A stretch of 64,000 nucleotides of DNA from Raja brachyura (Eukaryota), in contig OY740803.1 in assembly GCA_963514005.1 (NCBI GenBank), positions 12,400,001-12,464,000 on the forward strand, given 5' to 3'. Under the pieces are notes generated by a model. It ran no database searches, had not been told where the DNA came from, and was given only the letters and a program-made list of their open reading frames with translations. This document shows positions 13,149-25,942 of the stretch, one piece after another (position 1 is the stretch's first letter; every line of letters starts with the position of its first letter). Made by a program: the position numbers and the translations under genes.

Positions 13149-13819
13149 CCACCATCAACAGAGGACAGACCTCCAATCCCAGACATGCAAAGGCATTGCC
13201 ATCACCAAGTTCTTGGAGTACTGTTCATCAGAAGTTCAGATCGACCAGGCAAAAATGACCATGGCTTGAAGAGCAGGGTGTACTGTGATGAGTGACTCAC
13301 CTCTGGCCATCTCAAAGCATTTCCATCATTTCTAAGGTACAAGTTAGGAGTTTGATGGAATAGCTGAATGAGTGCAGCTCGTCACTATCTAGGCCAGTGC
13401 TTCCTGTGTGTGGCATCTACAAAGTGCGCATGTTATTCACCTAGAGCACGCCAACAGCCCTTGAAAGACAAAGTCATCAGTCACATGAGAAAAAACATCA
13501 GCTGCAGGATAGACTGCTGATGCATAAACCATCCAGAATTGGAACTACAATGCCGATACTCCTCTCCTGTTAGGGCTAAATCCAGGAACTCCCTGCCCAA
13601 CATCACGGTAGTAGTATCTTCACCAAAGGGACAGCAGTGATTCAAAAAGGCAACTCACCACTACCTTCTCAAGGGCAATTAACAACCGGTAGTAAATGGT
13701 GGTATATGAGCAATGTCCAGATCCTGACAAAATAATAAGCGAAACTTCTCGGACAAATATTTTGCACGCAACAAAAGTTCCTTTTGGACAGCAAGATTTG
13801 TCAACCAACAAAGTCCTGG

Positions 13820-14128
13820 TTTTAGTTTAATTTAGTTTAGAGATACACCATGAAAACAGTCCCTTTGACCCACCAGGGCCGTGCCGACCAGCGATCCCCG
13901 CACACTGACTGGCACTATCTTACACGCTAGGGATAATTTACAATTTACAAAACTTATAAATCTACAAACCTGTTCGTCTTTGGAGTGTGGGAGAAAACTG
14001 GAGATTCCTGAGAAAACCCACACGGCCATGGGGAGACCACACAATCTGCACATAGACAGGGTCAGGGTCAAACCCGGGTCTCTGGCGCTGTAAGACAGCT
14101 ACTCTACTGCTGCACCACCATGCCACCC
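13820..14128 (-). mobile_element. HE1-like SINE
   Basis: Reverse complement of the 11562 family; TTTAG tail. Confidence 0.9.
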
Positions 14129-14381
14129 ATTCATAATACAAATTCAACATCTGTTGTTTTACATCAAATCACTTAAGTACATTATTTGCATTTGGCTTCA
14201 GTTGGAACATGTTAAAATAATGGAATGGCATGAATTGCCAGAGAAATTACAGAAATGAGTGACATCGTCTGCATTTGTTTGCATTTAATTAACATGTCTA
14301 AAAAGAGTTGGTTAAAACAGAACACAAATAATTTTAGTTGCAACACCAGTTGCAACCCATGGAATTGATCTGACACCTGGC

Positions 14382-14890
14382 CCCATTTAGACTGCTGTGT
14401 TCAGTTTTGGGCACCATGTTATTGGAAAGATGTTGTCAAGCTGGAAAGGGTGCAGAGAAGATTTACAAAGATGTTACCAGGACTCGAGGGTCTGAGCTAT
14501 GGAGAGAAGTTGAGCAGGTTAAGACTATTTCTTGGAGCGCAAGAGGATGAGGGGTGAACTTATCAAGGTGTACAAAATCATGAGAGGATTAGATCAGGTA
14601 GATGCACAGAGTCTCTTTCCCAGAGTAGGGAATCGATGACCAGAAGATATAGGTTTAAGGTGAGGGGAGAAAGATTTAATAGGAACCTGAGGGGTAATTT
14701 TTTCAAAATGTGTGGTACGTGTATGGAACAAGCTGCCGGAGGAGGTAGGTACTATTGCAATGTTTAAGAAACATTTAGACACATTCATGGAAAGGGTAGG
14801 TATTGTGGGACATGGGCCAAATGCAGGCACATGGGACTAGTGTAGATGGGTCATATTGGCCAGTGTGGGCAAGTTGAGCCAAAGGACTCG
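14382..14890 (+). mobile_element. CR1/HER1 LINE 3' fragment
   Basis: CVQFWAP..LERVQRRFTKMLPG-type remnant plus 3' UTR. Confidence 0.85.
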
Positions 14891-15632
14891 ATGACCTCAA
14901 GACCAACTACTGCTGATAGAACAATATGTCACCTTAACCAACGACAAAGTCAGCAGGCACATGAGAAAAAACATCAGGATAGGCTACAAGCCATAAACCA
15001 TCCAGAATTGGAACTACCTCAAGATGCAAGGAAAATTCACCATGAACATGTGCTTTTTGTAAAACCATGTCAGCTTTGTGGTTTTATGCTTGGGATCATT
15101 TGTAACAACCCTGAGAGATCTGATACAAGTGTACTCTTTCCCTGTCCATTCAGAAAAGATGTCCAGGATTTTTACAGAGTTCTCTACCTTCCAGCAATCA
15201 AAAGAGGTGTCAAAATGCAGGAGACATCAGCAACATGCAGGGATGAATATGAGCAAGGGCTTCATCTAGGTAAGGTGTTACTGCCACACTGCTGGCAGCA
15301 TCAGCATATTTGTCAACAGAACTGATCCAGTCACTGGTGAAATGACATCGGACAATAATGAGCCCTATTCTGCTCGTTCTTTGCAACATTCCTGCTGCCG
15401 TGAAGTTTATAGGAAACAAATGGCCCCTGACAGAAGCTGATGATAGTCAGCTGCCTTTCCACAATCAAAGGAAACGTTCTTGAGGAACTGATCACATTCT
15501 TTCTTATCTGTGAAAAGATATACGTTGCTATCAGTTACCCTAGTTATCTTTTCCGCACACAAAACAATCATGCGCAATCACACGTGTTAATGTGTAGAAG
15601 AAGGATAAAAGCATTAAGCTCCATCCTAACAT

Positions 15633-15900
15633 CGCTGCTGTCTGTGTGGAGTTTGCATGTCCTTCCGGTATTGGGCATCCTGTATCTTGGGTTTCCTCCG
15701 GTGCTCCGGTTTCCACCCACATACCAAAGGCATGCGGATGTGTAGGTTAATTGGGCTCTGTAAATGTTCTCTTTGGGGAGAGAGTAGATGAGAAACTGGG
15801 ATAACATAGAACGAGAGTGAATGGGTGATCGATAGCCAGTGTGGACTCAGTGGACCGAAGGACTTGTTTCGATGCTGTATCTCTAAATTAAACTAAACTA
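15633..15900 (+). mobile_element. HE1-like SINE, 5'-truncated
   Basis: Central GCTGTCTGTGTGGAGTTTGCA and (CTAAA)n tail. Confidence 0.8.
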
Positions 15901-16423
15901 TTGATGCAATGGCTTTCATGTGAATGCACAGCTGACACACACCATTCATCAAATGTTTGTACATTACAGTTCTATCTCTCTCCCAGGCTGTGTTCTGGTT
16001 CAACAATGTATTTGCAGACATTGCCACTCAGGTTGAAGCTGTGGAATGGATGCAGACTGTTTCTGGCCATAAATAACCTAAGATGGCCATGAGTCACTCT
16101 CATAAATTGCCACAGACATGACTTATTCTGGTAGGGATTTCTAGCTCTAGCAGACACAACAGTGGTCAGAATGCTCTGGCTGTGTCTGCCCTCACCAGCA
16201 AGAGTGCCAATGGCACATTGCTGGACTGGCTTCAACTGGCAGCGCTGCCTTGTCTGTGCAGTACGGCAGACTCTATATGCAGCACTGACTGTGAGCCAGC
16301 AAACCTACAGCAGTGCATCAGCTCTGGCTGAGTGGGGGCACTCCAGCTGGGACCACAGATCTAGCTTTACCATACGTTCCACCCCATTGACTGCAACACA
16401 AATGTCCAGGTTCGTGTTCAACT

Positions 16424-18330
16424 CAAAATGCTGGAGTAACTCAGCAGGATAGGCAGCATCTCTGGAGAGAAGGAATGGGTGACGTTTCTGGTGGAGACTC
16501 TTCTTCAGACTGATGTCAGGGGAGTGGGCGGTGCAGAGATAGAATGTAGTCTGAATAAGACCGGTGGGAGAACTGGGAAGGGGGAGGGGATGGAGAGAGA
16601 GGGAAAGCAAGGGCTACTTGAAGTTAAAGAAGTCAATGTTCATACCACTGGGTGTAAGCTACCCAAGCAAAATACGAGGTGCTGTTCCTCCAATTTGCAC
16701 TGGGCCTCACTGACAATGGAGGCCCAGGACAGAAAGGTCAGATTGGGAATGGGAGGGGCAGTTAAAGTGCTGAGCAGGTAGGTTAAGGCGGACTGAGCGG
16801 AGGTGTTCAGCGAAACGATCGCTGAGCCTGCCCTTGGTCTCGCCGATATACAGGAGTTGGCGATATACAGGAGTTGGCACAGGAGTTGGCACCTGGAACA
16901 GCGGATACGGTAGATGAGGTTGGAGGTGCAAGTGAACCTCTGCCTCACCTGAGAAGACTGTTGGGGTCCATGGATGGTGTCGAGGGGGGTGATAAAGGGA
17001 CAGGTTGCATCTCCTGCGTTTACAGGGGAAAGTACCTGGGCAGGGGGTGGTTTGGGTGGGAAGGGACGAGTTGACCAGGGAGTTGCTGAGGGAATGGTCT
17101 ATGTGGAAAGCAGAAAGGGGTAGAGATGGAAATATGTGGCCAGTGGTGAATTCCCGTTGAAGGTGATGAAAATAGCAGAGAATTATGTGCTGAATGCGAC
17201 GGCTAATGGGGTGGAAGGTGACGACAAGGTGGACTCAGTCCTCGTTACGAATGGGGGGAGGGGGAATTAGAGCTGAGCGGCTGGGTATTGAGGAGACCCT
17301 AGTGAGAGCCTCATCTATAATGGAAGGGGGGAACGTTCCCTAAAGAATGAGGACATCTTCGATGACCTGGTATGGAAAACCTCATCCTGGGCACAGATGC
17401 GGTGTAGACGGAGGAATTGGGAGTAGGGGATAGAGGCTTTACAGGAAGCAGGGTGTGAGGAAGTGTAATCTAGATAGTCAATAGTCTGTCTCCTGTGATG
17501 GAGACGGTGAGATCCAGAAACGGTCGGGAGATGGCGATGGTCCGAGTGAATTCAAGGTTTCAAGGTTTCAAGATCAGTTTATTGTCACGTGTACCAATTA
17601 AGGTGCAGTGAAATTCGAATGACCATACAGCCATACTAAAAAAAAGTAACAAGACACACAACTACATAAATGTTAACATAAACATCTACCACAGTGGGTT
17701 CCCCACATTCCTCACTGTGATGGAAGGCAATAAAGTCCAATTTTCTTCTTCTTTTATTCTCCCGCGGTCCATGCAGTCGAACCATCAGCAGTCGGGGCGA
17801 TCGAAGATCCCGCAGCCGGCGGTCGAAGCCCCCATTTCGTGGCAATTGAAGCTCCCAAGCAGAGGCGATCAAAGCTCTCGCAGCTTGGAGTTTCCGAAGT
17901 CGGTCTCTAACCAGAGACAGCGAGCTCTGTGATGTTAAGTCCACAGGCTCCCGCGGTGGAGCTCTCAAAGTCGGTCTCCAGCAAATGCAACTAACTCCTC
18001 AATGTTAGGCTGCAGTGCTGATGGAGATACGATACGGAAAAAATTGCATCTCCGTTGAGGTAAGAGATATCAGAAAATGCTTCCCCCAACTCCCCCCCAA
18101 CCACCCCCCCCCCCCCCCCCCCCACCCCACATAAAACAAGCTAAAGAACACTAAAAGCATATATATAATACATACAAACAAATAGCAACGAAGGAATGGA
18201 CAGACAGACTGTTGGTGAGGCAGGATGGAAATTAGTCATGGAGTTGATGAGGTCAGTGAGCTTTGCATGGGTGCAGGAGGTAGCACCGATACGGTCGTCA
18301 ATGTTGCAGAGGGAGAGTTCGAGGAATGTA
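16424..18330 (-). mobile_element. Penelope-like retroelement (RT C-terminus, GIY-YIG, terminal repeat), interrupted at 17552-18223
   Basis: FTCTSNLIYRIRCSRC..LYIGETKGRLSDRFAEHLRSV..KLEEQHLVFCLG; terminal repeat at 16424-16512. Confidence 0.9.
17552..18223 (-). mobile_element. Non-autonomous Rex1-like retroposon, copy 2, nested in Penelope
   Basis: (CCTTGAAA)n tail after GTGACAATAAA; shared CTCACTGTGATGGAAGGCAA core. Confidence 0.7.
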
Positions 18331-18812
18331 GCGGCGGTCGATTTCGGGGTATGTAAAATAGTGCAGCTCTAATGGAAGGACCAACTGTGAGGAGACAATA
18401 AGCCATCTAATCCCTCGTGAATGGCAAATGTAAAATGTGACCATTTTAATGAAGAACTGGATAATTATCTGTGGTCAGCTCGCCAATATTTATCATTCAA
18501 TTGTCAGCACCAAAACAAAAGATTATCTGGCCATTGTTACATCTCACTTTCTGGGATCTCACTGTGTAAATATTTGCTGCTGCATTCCTAGATTTTACTT
18601 CGGAGTCACGTGAGTGATTACGTGAAGAAGGCCGTCAGTTGTCAATGCGCGTCATTACGTCTGAAGCATGCGCCAACAACTGACAGGCAGGCGCGTTGCG
18701 TCCTTCCAGCGGTAAGTTTAAATACCGAGGTAAGTGTTTTTAAAAAGCTATTCTGCAGTTGTTTTTGGTGGGTTTGGGTTTCTGTTTTTTTCTCTACCAG
18801 AACGAACCTAAC

Positions 18813-19890
18813 ATGTCGAAGGTGAGGAGATGGTCTGCGAGGAAGTCGGCTGCGGAAGACCGCTGGCTGTGGAACCAGCGGCAGCAGACTTTGTGCCTCA
18901 GGAGAGCACCGTGGCAGTTCCGCCGGGGCGCAAGGCCACTCACAAGTCTGCCAGGACGTAGACTCAGACGAGTCCAGGCTGGAGAGATCCCCTCCAACAC
19001 TGGGAAGCGTCTGCGGGTGCCTCTCCTAGATGGAGCACCTATTGGAGAGGTGGCTCCAGACTGATCTGCTCCAGAGGAGGGAGCAGTATCAGCCCGGGAC
19101 TCCACGGGAGCCAGCAGCACCTTACACAGGGCTGCGAAGTGTCTCCCTCTCTGGAGAGGGGAGTACACGGAGTCAGTACTATCCTGACTCAGAGCAGGGA
19201 GGCACATCAGGTGAACACCATCGGGGGCATGGGGCCAAAGTGCCTCTATTGGCTTCCAAATTTGCCATTCCTACTCCAACCGGAGCAACCCTAGATGAAG
19301 AGCTGGCCACCACTATGAATTACTTGGCGTCACATCAGCTCAAGGACCTGGAGGAGACCACCGGCAAATACAATACACCTGCCAACTGTGCCTCCCTCAA
19401 TGTGCCGGCCGTCAATCACGCCATCTGGGGCCATATTGGAGGGGGATTAAGAGCCCAGGAGGTCAAACTCCAAAATGTTTTTAAATTATTGGCCTCGGGT
19501 GTAACGGCCTTTGCTAGGTCCGTAGATGGGGGGCCGCTGCCGGAGACACAGCAGGACGCTGTGGGGCTCCTCTGTAATGCCCTTTTTGAAATTAACTGTC
19601 TGCGTAAAAACGCAATACGGCCGGCACTCAACTCAAAATTTGCTGTGCTGTGCAAGGCCAGCAGCGTCCAGCCAGCCAATTGTCTATTTGGGGCAGACCT
19701 GCCGAAGTAGGCCCGAGAGCTGGATGATGAGGCCAAGACCATACGCCTCATGAGTCGAGCCCCAACTACACCCAGGGGCTCATCACAACGGGCCCACCCC
19801 TATGCCGCCTTCAACACCAGGCAAAACCAGCCTAGGGGCCCTGGGACAAGAGGAAGACTCGAGCTGGAAGCACCAAGGTCTTTTTTATGG
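18813..19890 (+). pseudogene. DIRS gag-like ORF1, disrupted
   Basis: ORF 19030-19710 (PANCASLNVPAVNHAIW..LRKNAIRPALN..LFGADL) lies in the ORF1 position; stops and frameshifts. Confidence 0.75.
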
Positions 19891-19959
19891 TAGGCCCCAG
19901 CTGGCCATGGCTCGGATGCGGGGGGGGGGGCATCCCCCATTGGCCCTCTTTCCCAAGGC

Positions 19960-22560
19960 ATGAGGACAGAAGCCAGGACCACACCGGCAGTAACGTCCAA
20001 GGTAGGAGAACCTAGTTCCTTGTGGAACAACTTACACATCCCTAACTTACAAGTTGGGGGGAGATTGCAACATTTTTTGAATGAATGGAATTGGATCACA
20101 GCAGACCCGTTCATACTGCATAGTGTACAAGGGTTTAAAATTGAGTTCCTTCTCGATTCATTACCACCCACACAAAATTCACCAAACTGCACATATGTGT
20201 TCTCACAACAGGAAAGATTTGAGGTACAAGCTGAAATTTAGGCTTTACATACAAAGGGGGTGAGTCAGAGGTCAAACCAGGAATCACACCAATTTGTATT
20301 CAACATATTCCCCAAGTGAAAGAGGGATGGAGGAAGTCGTATCATCCTAGACTTGACGGAACTCAATACACATGTGCAGTATAAACATTTAAAAATTGAT
20401 AATTTTGGTACAGCCATCCAGCTGGTTTCCAGAGGATGTTATATGGCATGCACAGATCTTAGCTTTCATAGCAAAAGGATTTGAGTATAGGAGCAGGGAG
20501 GTTCTACTTCAGTTGTATAGGGTCTTGGTGAGACCACACCTGGAGTATTGCGTACAGTTCTGGTCTCCAAATCTGAGGAAGGACATTATTGCCATAGAGG
20601 GAGTGCAGAGAAGGTTCACCAGACTGATTCCTGGGATGTCAGGACTGTCTTATGAACAAAGACTGCATAGACTCGGTTTATACTCTCTAGAATTTAGGAG
20701 ATTGAGAGGGGATCTTATAGAAACTTACAAAATTCTTAAGGGGTTGGACAGGCTAGATTCAGGAAGATTGTTCCCGATGTTGGGGAGGTCCAGGACAAGG
20801 GGTCACAGCTTAAGGATAAGGGGGAAATCCTTTAGGACCGAGATGAGAAGGACTTTTTTCACACAGAGAGTGGTGGGTCTCTGGAACTCTCTGCCACATA
20901 GGGTAGTTGAGGCCAGTTCATTGGCTATATTTAAGAGGGAGTTAGATGTGGCCCTTGTGGCTAAGGGGATCAGAGGGTATGGAGAGAAGGCAGGTACGGG
21001 ATACTGAGTTGGATGATCAGCCATGATCATATTGAATGGCGGTGCAGGCTCGAAGGGCCGAATGGCCTACTCCTGCACCTAATTTCTATGTTTCTATGTT
21101 TCTAAAAGATGCATACTACTCAGTACCCTTTCACAGGGAGCACAGGAGATATTTGAAATTTAACTGGATGGGGCAGCTGTGGCAATTCAAAGCATTACCT
21201 AACTGACTTCAGCTCCCAGATTATTTACAAAATTACTAAAACTAGTTCTGGGCTACTACGAGCTCAGAATCACATGGTGATGGCTTATTTGGATGACATT
21301 CTAATAATTGGGGACACTAAGGAATCAGGTAAATCATCTGTTTCAGCTACCAAACTCATGTTTGAGAGGTTGGGATTCCTAATCCATCCAGTTAAGTCAA
21401 AATTGACTCCAATCAGGGTAATTGATTACCTGGGGTTCACAATTAACTCTATTCAAATGTCAGTAACACTGCCAAGTGGTAAGCAATCAGACTTGATGGA
21501 AGCCTGACATAAGCTAATTGCTAACCAGCAGCCAACAATCAGACAAGTAGCAAGTGTAATTGGCAAGCTTGTGGCAGCCTTTCCAGCTGTACGCTTCGGA
21601 CCTTTGCATTACCAAAATCTACAACGTGCAAAGGAACAGGCTCTCAAATCCCACACAGGCCAATTTGGGAAACATATGCAATTACCACCAGACGCCATGG
21701 CAGAATTACACTGGTGGGCTACGAATATACATTACTGCTCTAAGAAAATTAAAATTGATACACCATCGGTAATATTACAGACTGATGCAAGTGGCCTGGG
21801 CTGGGGAGCAACAGATACCATCTCCAGTTGGGGGCAGATGGAATGTGCAGCAGTCCTTAATACTACAGCAATGTGGCATTAACTATTTAGAGTTGTTGGG
21901 AGCTCTCTGTGGCTTAAAGGCTTATTGCAGCAATATGCATCTTGTGCTTGTCCAACTACAGATTGACAACACCACGGTGGTGGCGCATGTCAATCACATG
22001 GGTGGAATAAGATCTGTATCATGTGACAAATTGGCAAACCTTCTTTGGCATTGGTGTATTGCAAGGAACATTTGGGTCACAGCTATTTACCTACCAGGTA
22101 GATATAATATGGTGGCAGATACTAGATCACAGAAATTCAATGATAACATGGAATGGATGTTGAATCAAGACGTGTTCACCGACATTGTTGCCCGATATGC
22201 TACGCCGGATATTGACTTGTTTGCCTCCAGACTGAATCACCAGTTACCCAAATATGTCTCATGGGAGCCAGACCCAGGGGCAGTGGCAGTCGATGCGTTC
22301 ACACTGCATTGGGGAGGAATGTTCTTGTATGCTTTCCCTCCATTTTGCCTCATCAGCTGATGCTTGGTCAAAATAAAGCAAGACAATGCCACACGCATTT
22401 TGGTAGTGCCAGATTGGCCTACGCAATCTTGGTTCCCATTTGTTCGGGGAATAATGACACAGCCTTTCATGGAAGTCCCCAACAGCAGGGAGCTGATGGT
22501 ACACCCAGTAACGGGGGGCAATCACCTGCTACATGACTGAATCAATTCATTGGTTTGCAG
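19960..22560 (+). pseudogene. DIRS pol: RT, RNase H and N6-adenine methyltransferase-like domains, disrupted
   Basis: RT: VGGRLQHF, DLKDAY (split by a CR1), YLDDILI. RNase H: TDASGLGWGA, INYLELL, IDNTT. MT: IDLFAS..YAFPPF. Confidence 0.92.
20460..21103 (+). mobile_element. Young CR1/HER1 LINE 3' fragment inserted in the DIRS RT
   Basis: Uninterrupted LYRVLVRPHLEYCVQFWSP..FFTQRVVGLWNSLP; (TTTCTATG)n tail. Confidence 0.95.
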
Positions 22561-23429
22561 ATTCTGGGGAGACCATACCTGGGACTCGGACTGGCTGACC
22601 GAACAGTGGATGTCATTACATCGGCCTGGAGGGACAGGACACAAAGGTGTGGGAGATCTATTGTCATACCTCCAACAGCTCACATGACACAGTGTGCACT
22701 ATTCTCATATTTAGTGCTGGGAGCGGGGCACACCCGGTGGGAACACATCCCCATATTACCAGGTCCATGAAGGGAACTACACTACACACTCCAGGCCACG
22801 ATATACAAACACATGGGATGTTAGCGTGGTGCTAAATACTACTTCGTCAGTGGGCCCCAGCCACTGCACTACCCTTAACCAAGCTCACCATCAAGGTGGT
22901 CATGCTGATGGCACCGGTAACGGCGCAACGAGTCCAGACGTTGCACAAGCTACGACTGGACAACATGACCACCAATGTAAACACCATAACTTTTGTCATC
23001 TATGACTTAGTTAAACAGAGCAGGCCGGGGATACCAGGGCCCAAGCTTGAGTTCCTGGCATACCCCGAAGATCCACGATGATGTGTAGTCGCACACTTGC
23101 ACCAGTACATCAAAGTCACCAGGAGCCACATAGGCTCTGAGTTAGCTGTCCAAATCAGGCACAAAAAACCACACCACAGGGTATCAGCACAAACCATCTC
23201 TAGATGGTTAAAAGAGGTACTGGCGGGTGCAGGAGTGAATACTGACACTTACAAATCTCACTCCACCAGGGCTGCATCAATGTCGGCAGCATGGGCTAGG
23301 GACGTGCCCCTTGACAACATCCTAGCGGCTGCAGGATTGGCCAATGAAATGATGTTCCACCAGTTTTATAATAAACCCATTGCCGGACCGGGGGTGTTTG
23401 CACGTACCATTTTAAATTCTGTTTTATAG
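22555..23429 (+). pseudogene. DIRS tyrosine recombinase, disrupted and internally deleted
   Basis: AQRVQTL (catalytic R), KSHSTRAAS (H-x-x-R), FHQFY (catalytic Y). Confidence 0.9.
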
Positions 23430-24022
23430 TTTCCCCCCAGGTTGGGCAGGGTCACTATCATTTTGTTTTTCACATTAAAGCATCAGTATTGTTACCTAAC
23501 TATGTTATGTCTGAATGCATTAATTTTTTCTCTCACTCATCCATGGTCAATCCATTCAGTGTGTGACGCCTGGACTCGAACCGGCATGAAATCACAGAGC
23601 TTTGAAATCTTCACGTAGTCACTCACGTGACTCCGAAGTAAAATAGTAAGATTAAACGAGAACTTACCAGTTTGAAGTTTGATCTTGATTTATGAGGAGT
23701 TACGATGAGCGATTACATGCCCACCGCTCCCAACCCTGATATTATCAGGTCATCTGGTAGTTCTAATTCTCCAAATCTTAATATCTTCAGGTCAACTTGT
23801 CTTATCTATGATTCCACACCGCTGCTTTGAAGATTGACGCGGATGATGACCAACGGCCTTCTTCACATAATCGCTCATCGTAACTCCTCATAAAATCAAG
23901 ATCAAACTTCCAACTGGTAAGTTCTTGTTTAATCTTACTATCAATCAAGATACATTTAAAAATATATATTTAATATACTCTAGGAATGAATCAAGATCTT
24001 TGAACTACAAAGGTACATTCTA

Positions 24023-25746
24023 TTTTATTTCGGAGTCACATGAGTGACTACGTGAAGAAAGCCGTCAGAACGCATACGCATCATTACGTCGACGCATGGC
24101 GCAACGCTGACCGGCAGGCGCGCTGCTCCTGCCAGCGGTATGTTTAAACCTGAAGGTAAGTCTTTAAACTTTCCAGGTTATGTTTCTATTGCAGGAATCT
24201 CTTCTTACAGAGTTTCCTGCTGGATTTCGGGGCGAAGTCGGGACGGGCCGCGGGGAAACCTTTATGGACCGTGTCCCAGTCATGGACCGTGGGGAATCCC
24301 AACCACGACCTCGGGGAATCCTGGCCACGGACCGCAGGGAACCCGCTACGGAGACCGCGGAAGTGCGGGTAGAGGCGATGGTCAAATTCGCCTTCAGAGC
24401 CACTGGCGGTGAGGCCAGCGGCTTCAGACTGGTGCCGGCAGCACCTTGGCAAACCCGCTTGGAGGGCAGCCATGGAGAAAGTCTCCATGGAGAAATCAGC
24501 CTACGGCCCATTTATTCACACGAGTCGGTCCAGGAGGATTCCTGATGGAGAGGATCCCCTCTTTCAATGGGTAATGTTCTTTGGACATCAAACCCACATG
24601 GAGCACCTAATGGAGAGGTGCTCCACAATGGTATGCTCCAAGGAGGGAGTTATATCACTGCGGGTCTCTGTGGGGCCCGCGGCAACAGCACCTGTGTGCA
24701 GGGCTGCACACTGTCTCCCTCTCTGAGCAGGGGAGCAGTTGGGATCAGTTCTGTCAGACTTGGAGTTTGAAGGTATTGTCGGGAGCATACCATGAGGCAC
24801 GAAGGATATGGTCTATGGATGGGCCACATCAACGCAGGTCTCGTTGGGGCCTGCGGCAACAGCACCAGTGTACAGGGCTGCACACTGTCTCCCTCACTAA
24901 GCAGGGGAGCAGTCAGGGTAAGTGTGTAACTGACTCCAAACTCTGAAGTAATTGCACTACTGTTACTGTTTGTACATATATATATTTTACTGTTCATTAT
25001 TCTATGTTCGCTCTTCTGGGTGAGATGCTAACTGCATTTTGGTGTCTCTGTACTGTACACTGCACAATGACAATTAAAGATTGCATTGAATTTAATTGAA
25101 TTGAATATACCTTCCACTGGATCACAGCCTATCGGCTGCAGGATGGTCAAACGAACGAACCTCCCTACATTTTATAATAACCCATTGCCAGACCAGGGGT
25201 ATATGCCAAATTCCATTTATGATTTGTTACATAGTTTCCCCCAGGATATGAGGGGTCACTATTATTCTCCTTTGATGATTAAAGCATCAGCATTTTAACA
25301 AACTATGTTATAGCTGAATGCATTAATCTTTTTCACTCATGCATGGTCAATTGATGCAGTATGTGATGCCTGGACTCGTATCCGGCATGAAATCACAGAG
25401 TTTCAAAGTCTTCACGTAGTCACTCATGTGACTCCGAAATGAAATAGTAAGATTAAACAAGAACTTACCAGTTTGATGTTTGATCTTTATTTTATGAGGT
25501 GTTACAATGAACGATTACGTGCCCACCGCTCCCAACCCTGGTATCACAAAGGTCATCTGGTAGTTCTCAAGTTCTCTCCAATCTTACTATATTCAGGTCA
25601 ACAACTTTTATCTGTGATTTCACACCGCTGCTTTGAAGATTGATGCGTATGCATTCTGACGGCCTTCTTCACGTAATCGCTCATCGTAACTCCTCATAAA
25701 ATAAAGATTAAACTTCAAACTGGTAAGTTCTCGTTTAATCTTACTA
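24023..25746 (+). mobile_element. Internally deleted (non-autonomous) DIRS element with both ends and ICR
   Basis: 5' TTTTATTTCGGAGTCACATGAGTG, ICR near 25410-25520, 3' AATCTTACTA; pol and most of YR missing. Confidence 0.9.
24945..25107 (+). mobile_element. Rex1-like 3' tail at the DIRS deletion junction
   Basis: ATGACAATTAAAG plus (ATTGA)n; reverse copy at about 35448-35520. Confidence 0.7.
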
Positions 25747-25942
25747 TTTTTCTTTAATGGTAAACTGCTCTGCCAATTTACTGAGTTTTGTTGCAAATTT
25801 AATGTTCCTTTGGTCAGTTGGCCATCCTAGTTTATCAGTGTGATCTGGAGATGAAAGTGTCACTGGGAGATGAGGTTAAATCCAGATCTGCTTCAACTAA
25901 ACTAAAAAGCTTCCAGACTCTATCAACAAGGAGGAGCTGGCA

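Larger units (their letters stand above)
18593..23940 (+). mobile_element. Near full-length DIRS1-like retrotransposon (gag, RT, RNase H, methyltransferase, YR, ICR), inactivated
   Basis: 5' end TTTTACTTCGGAGTCACGTGAGTG. The ICR near 23609-23716 is the reverse complement of the 5' end joined to that of the 3' end. Short ITRs GTGAAGAAGGCCGT/ACGGCCTTCTTCAC. Confidence 0.95.

Noticed and set aside
14846-15325. 159-aa ORF
   Set aside because: Starts inside a CR1 3' UTR, crosses repeat-derived sequence and has no recognisable domain.
20396-21007. 203-aa ORF as a DIRS-CR1 fusion protein
   Set aside because: The DIRS-derived N-terminus is not in the RT frame and starts at TTG; chance read-through into a CR1 fragment.
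21785-22360. Stand-alone or bacterial DNA adenine methyltransferase
   Set aside because: It is the standard MT domain after RNase H in DIRS1 pol, and is truncated by a stop.
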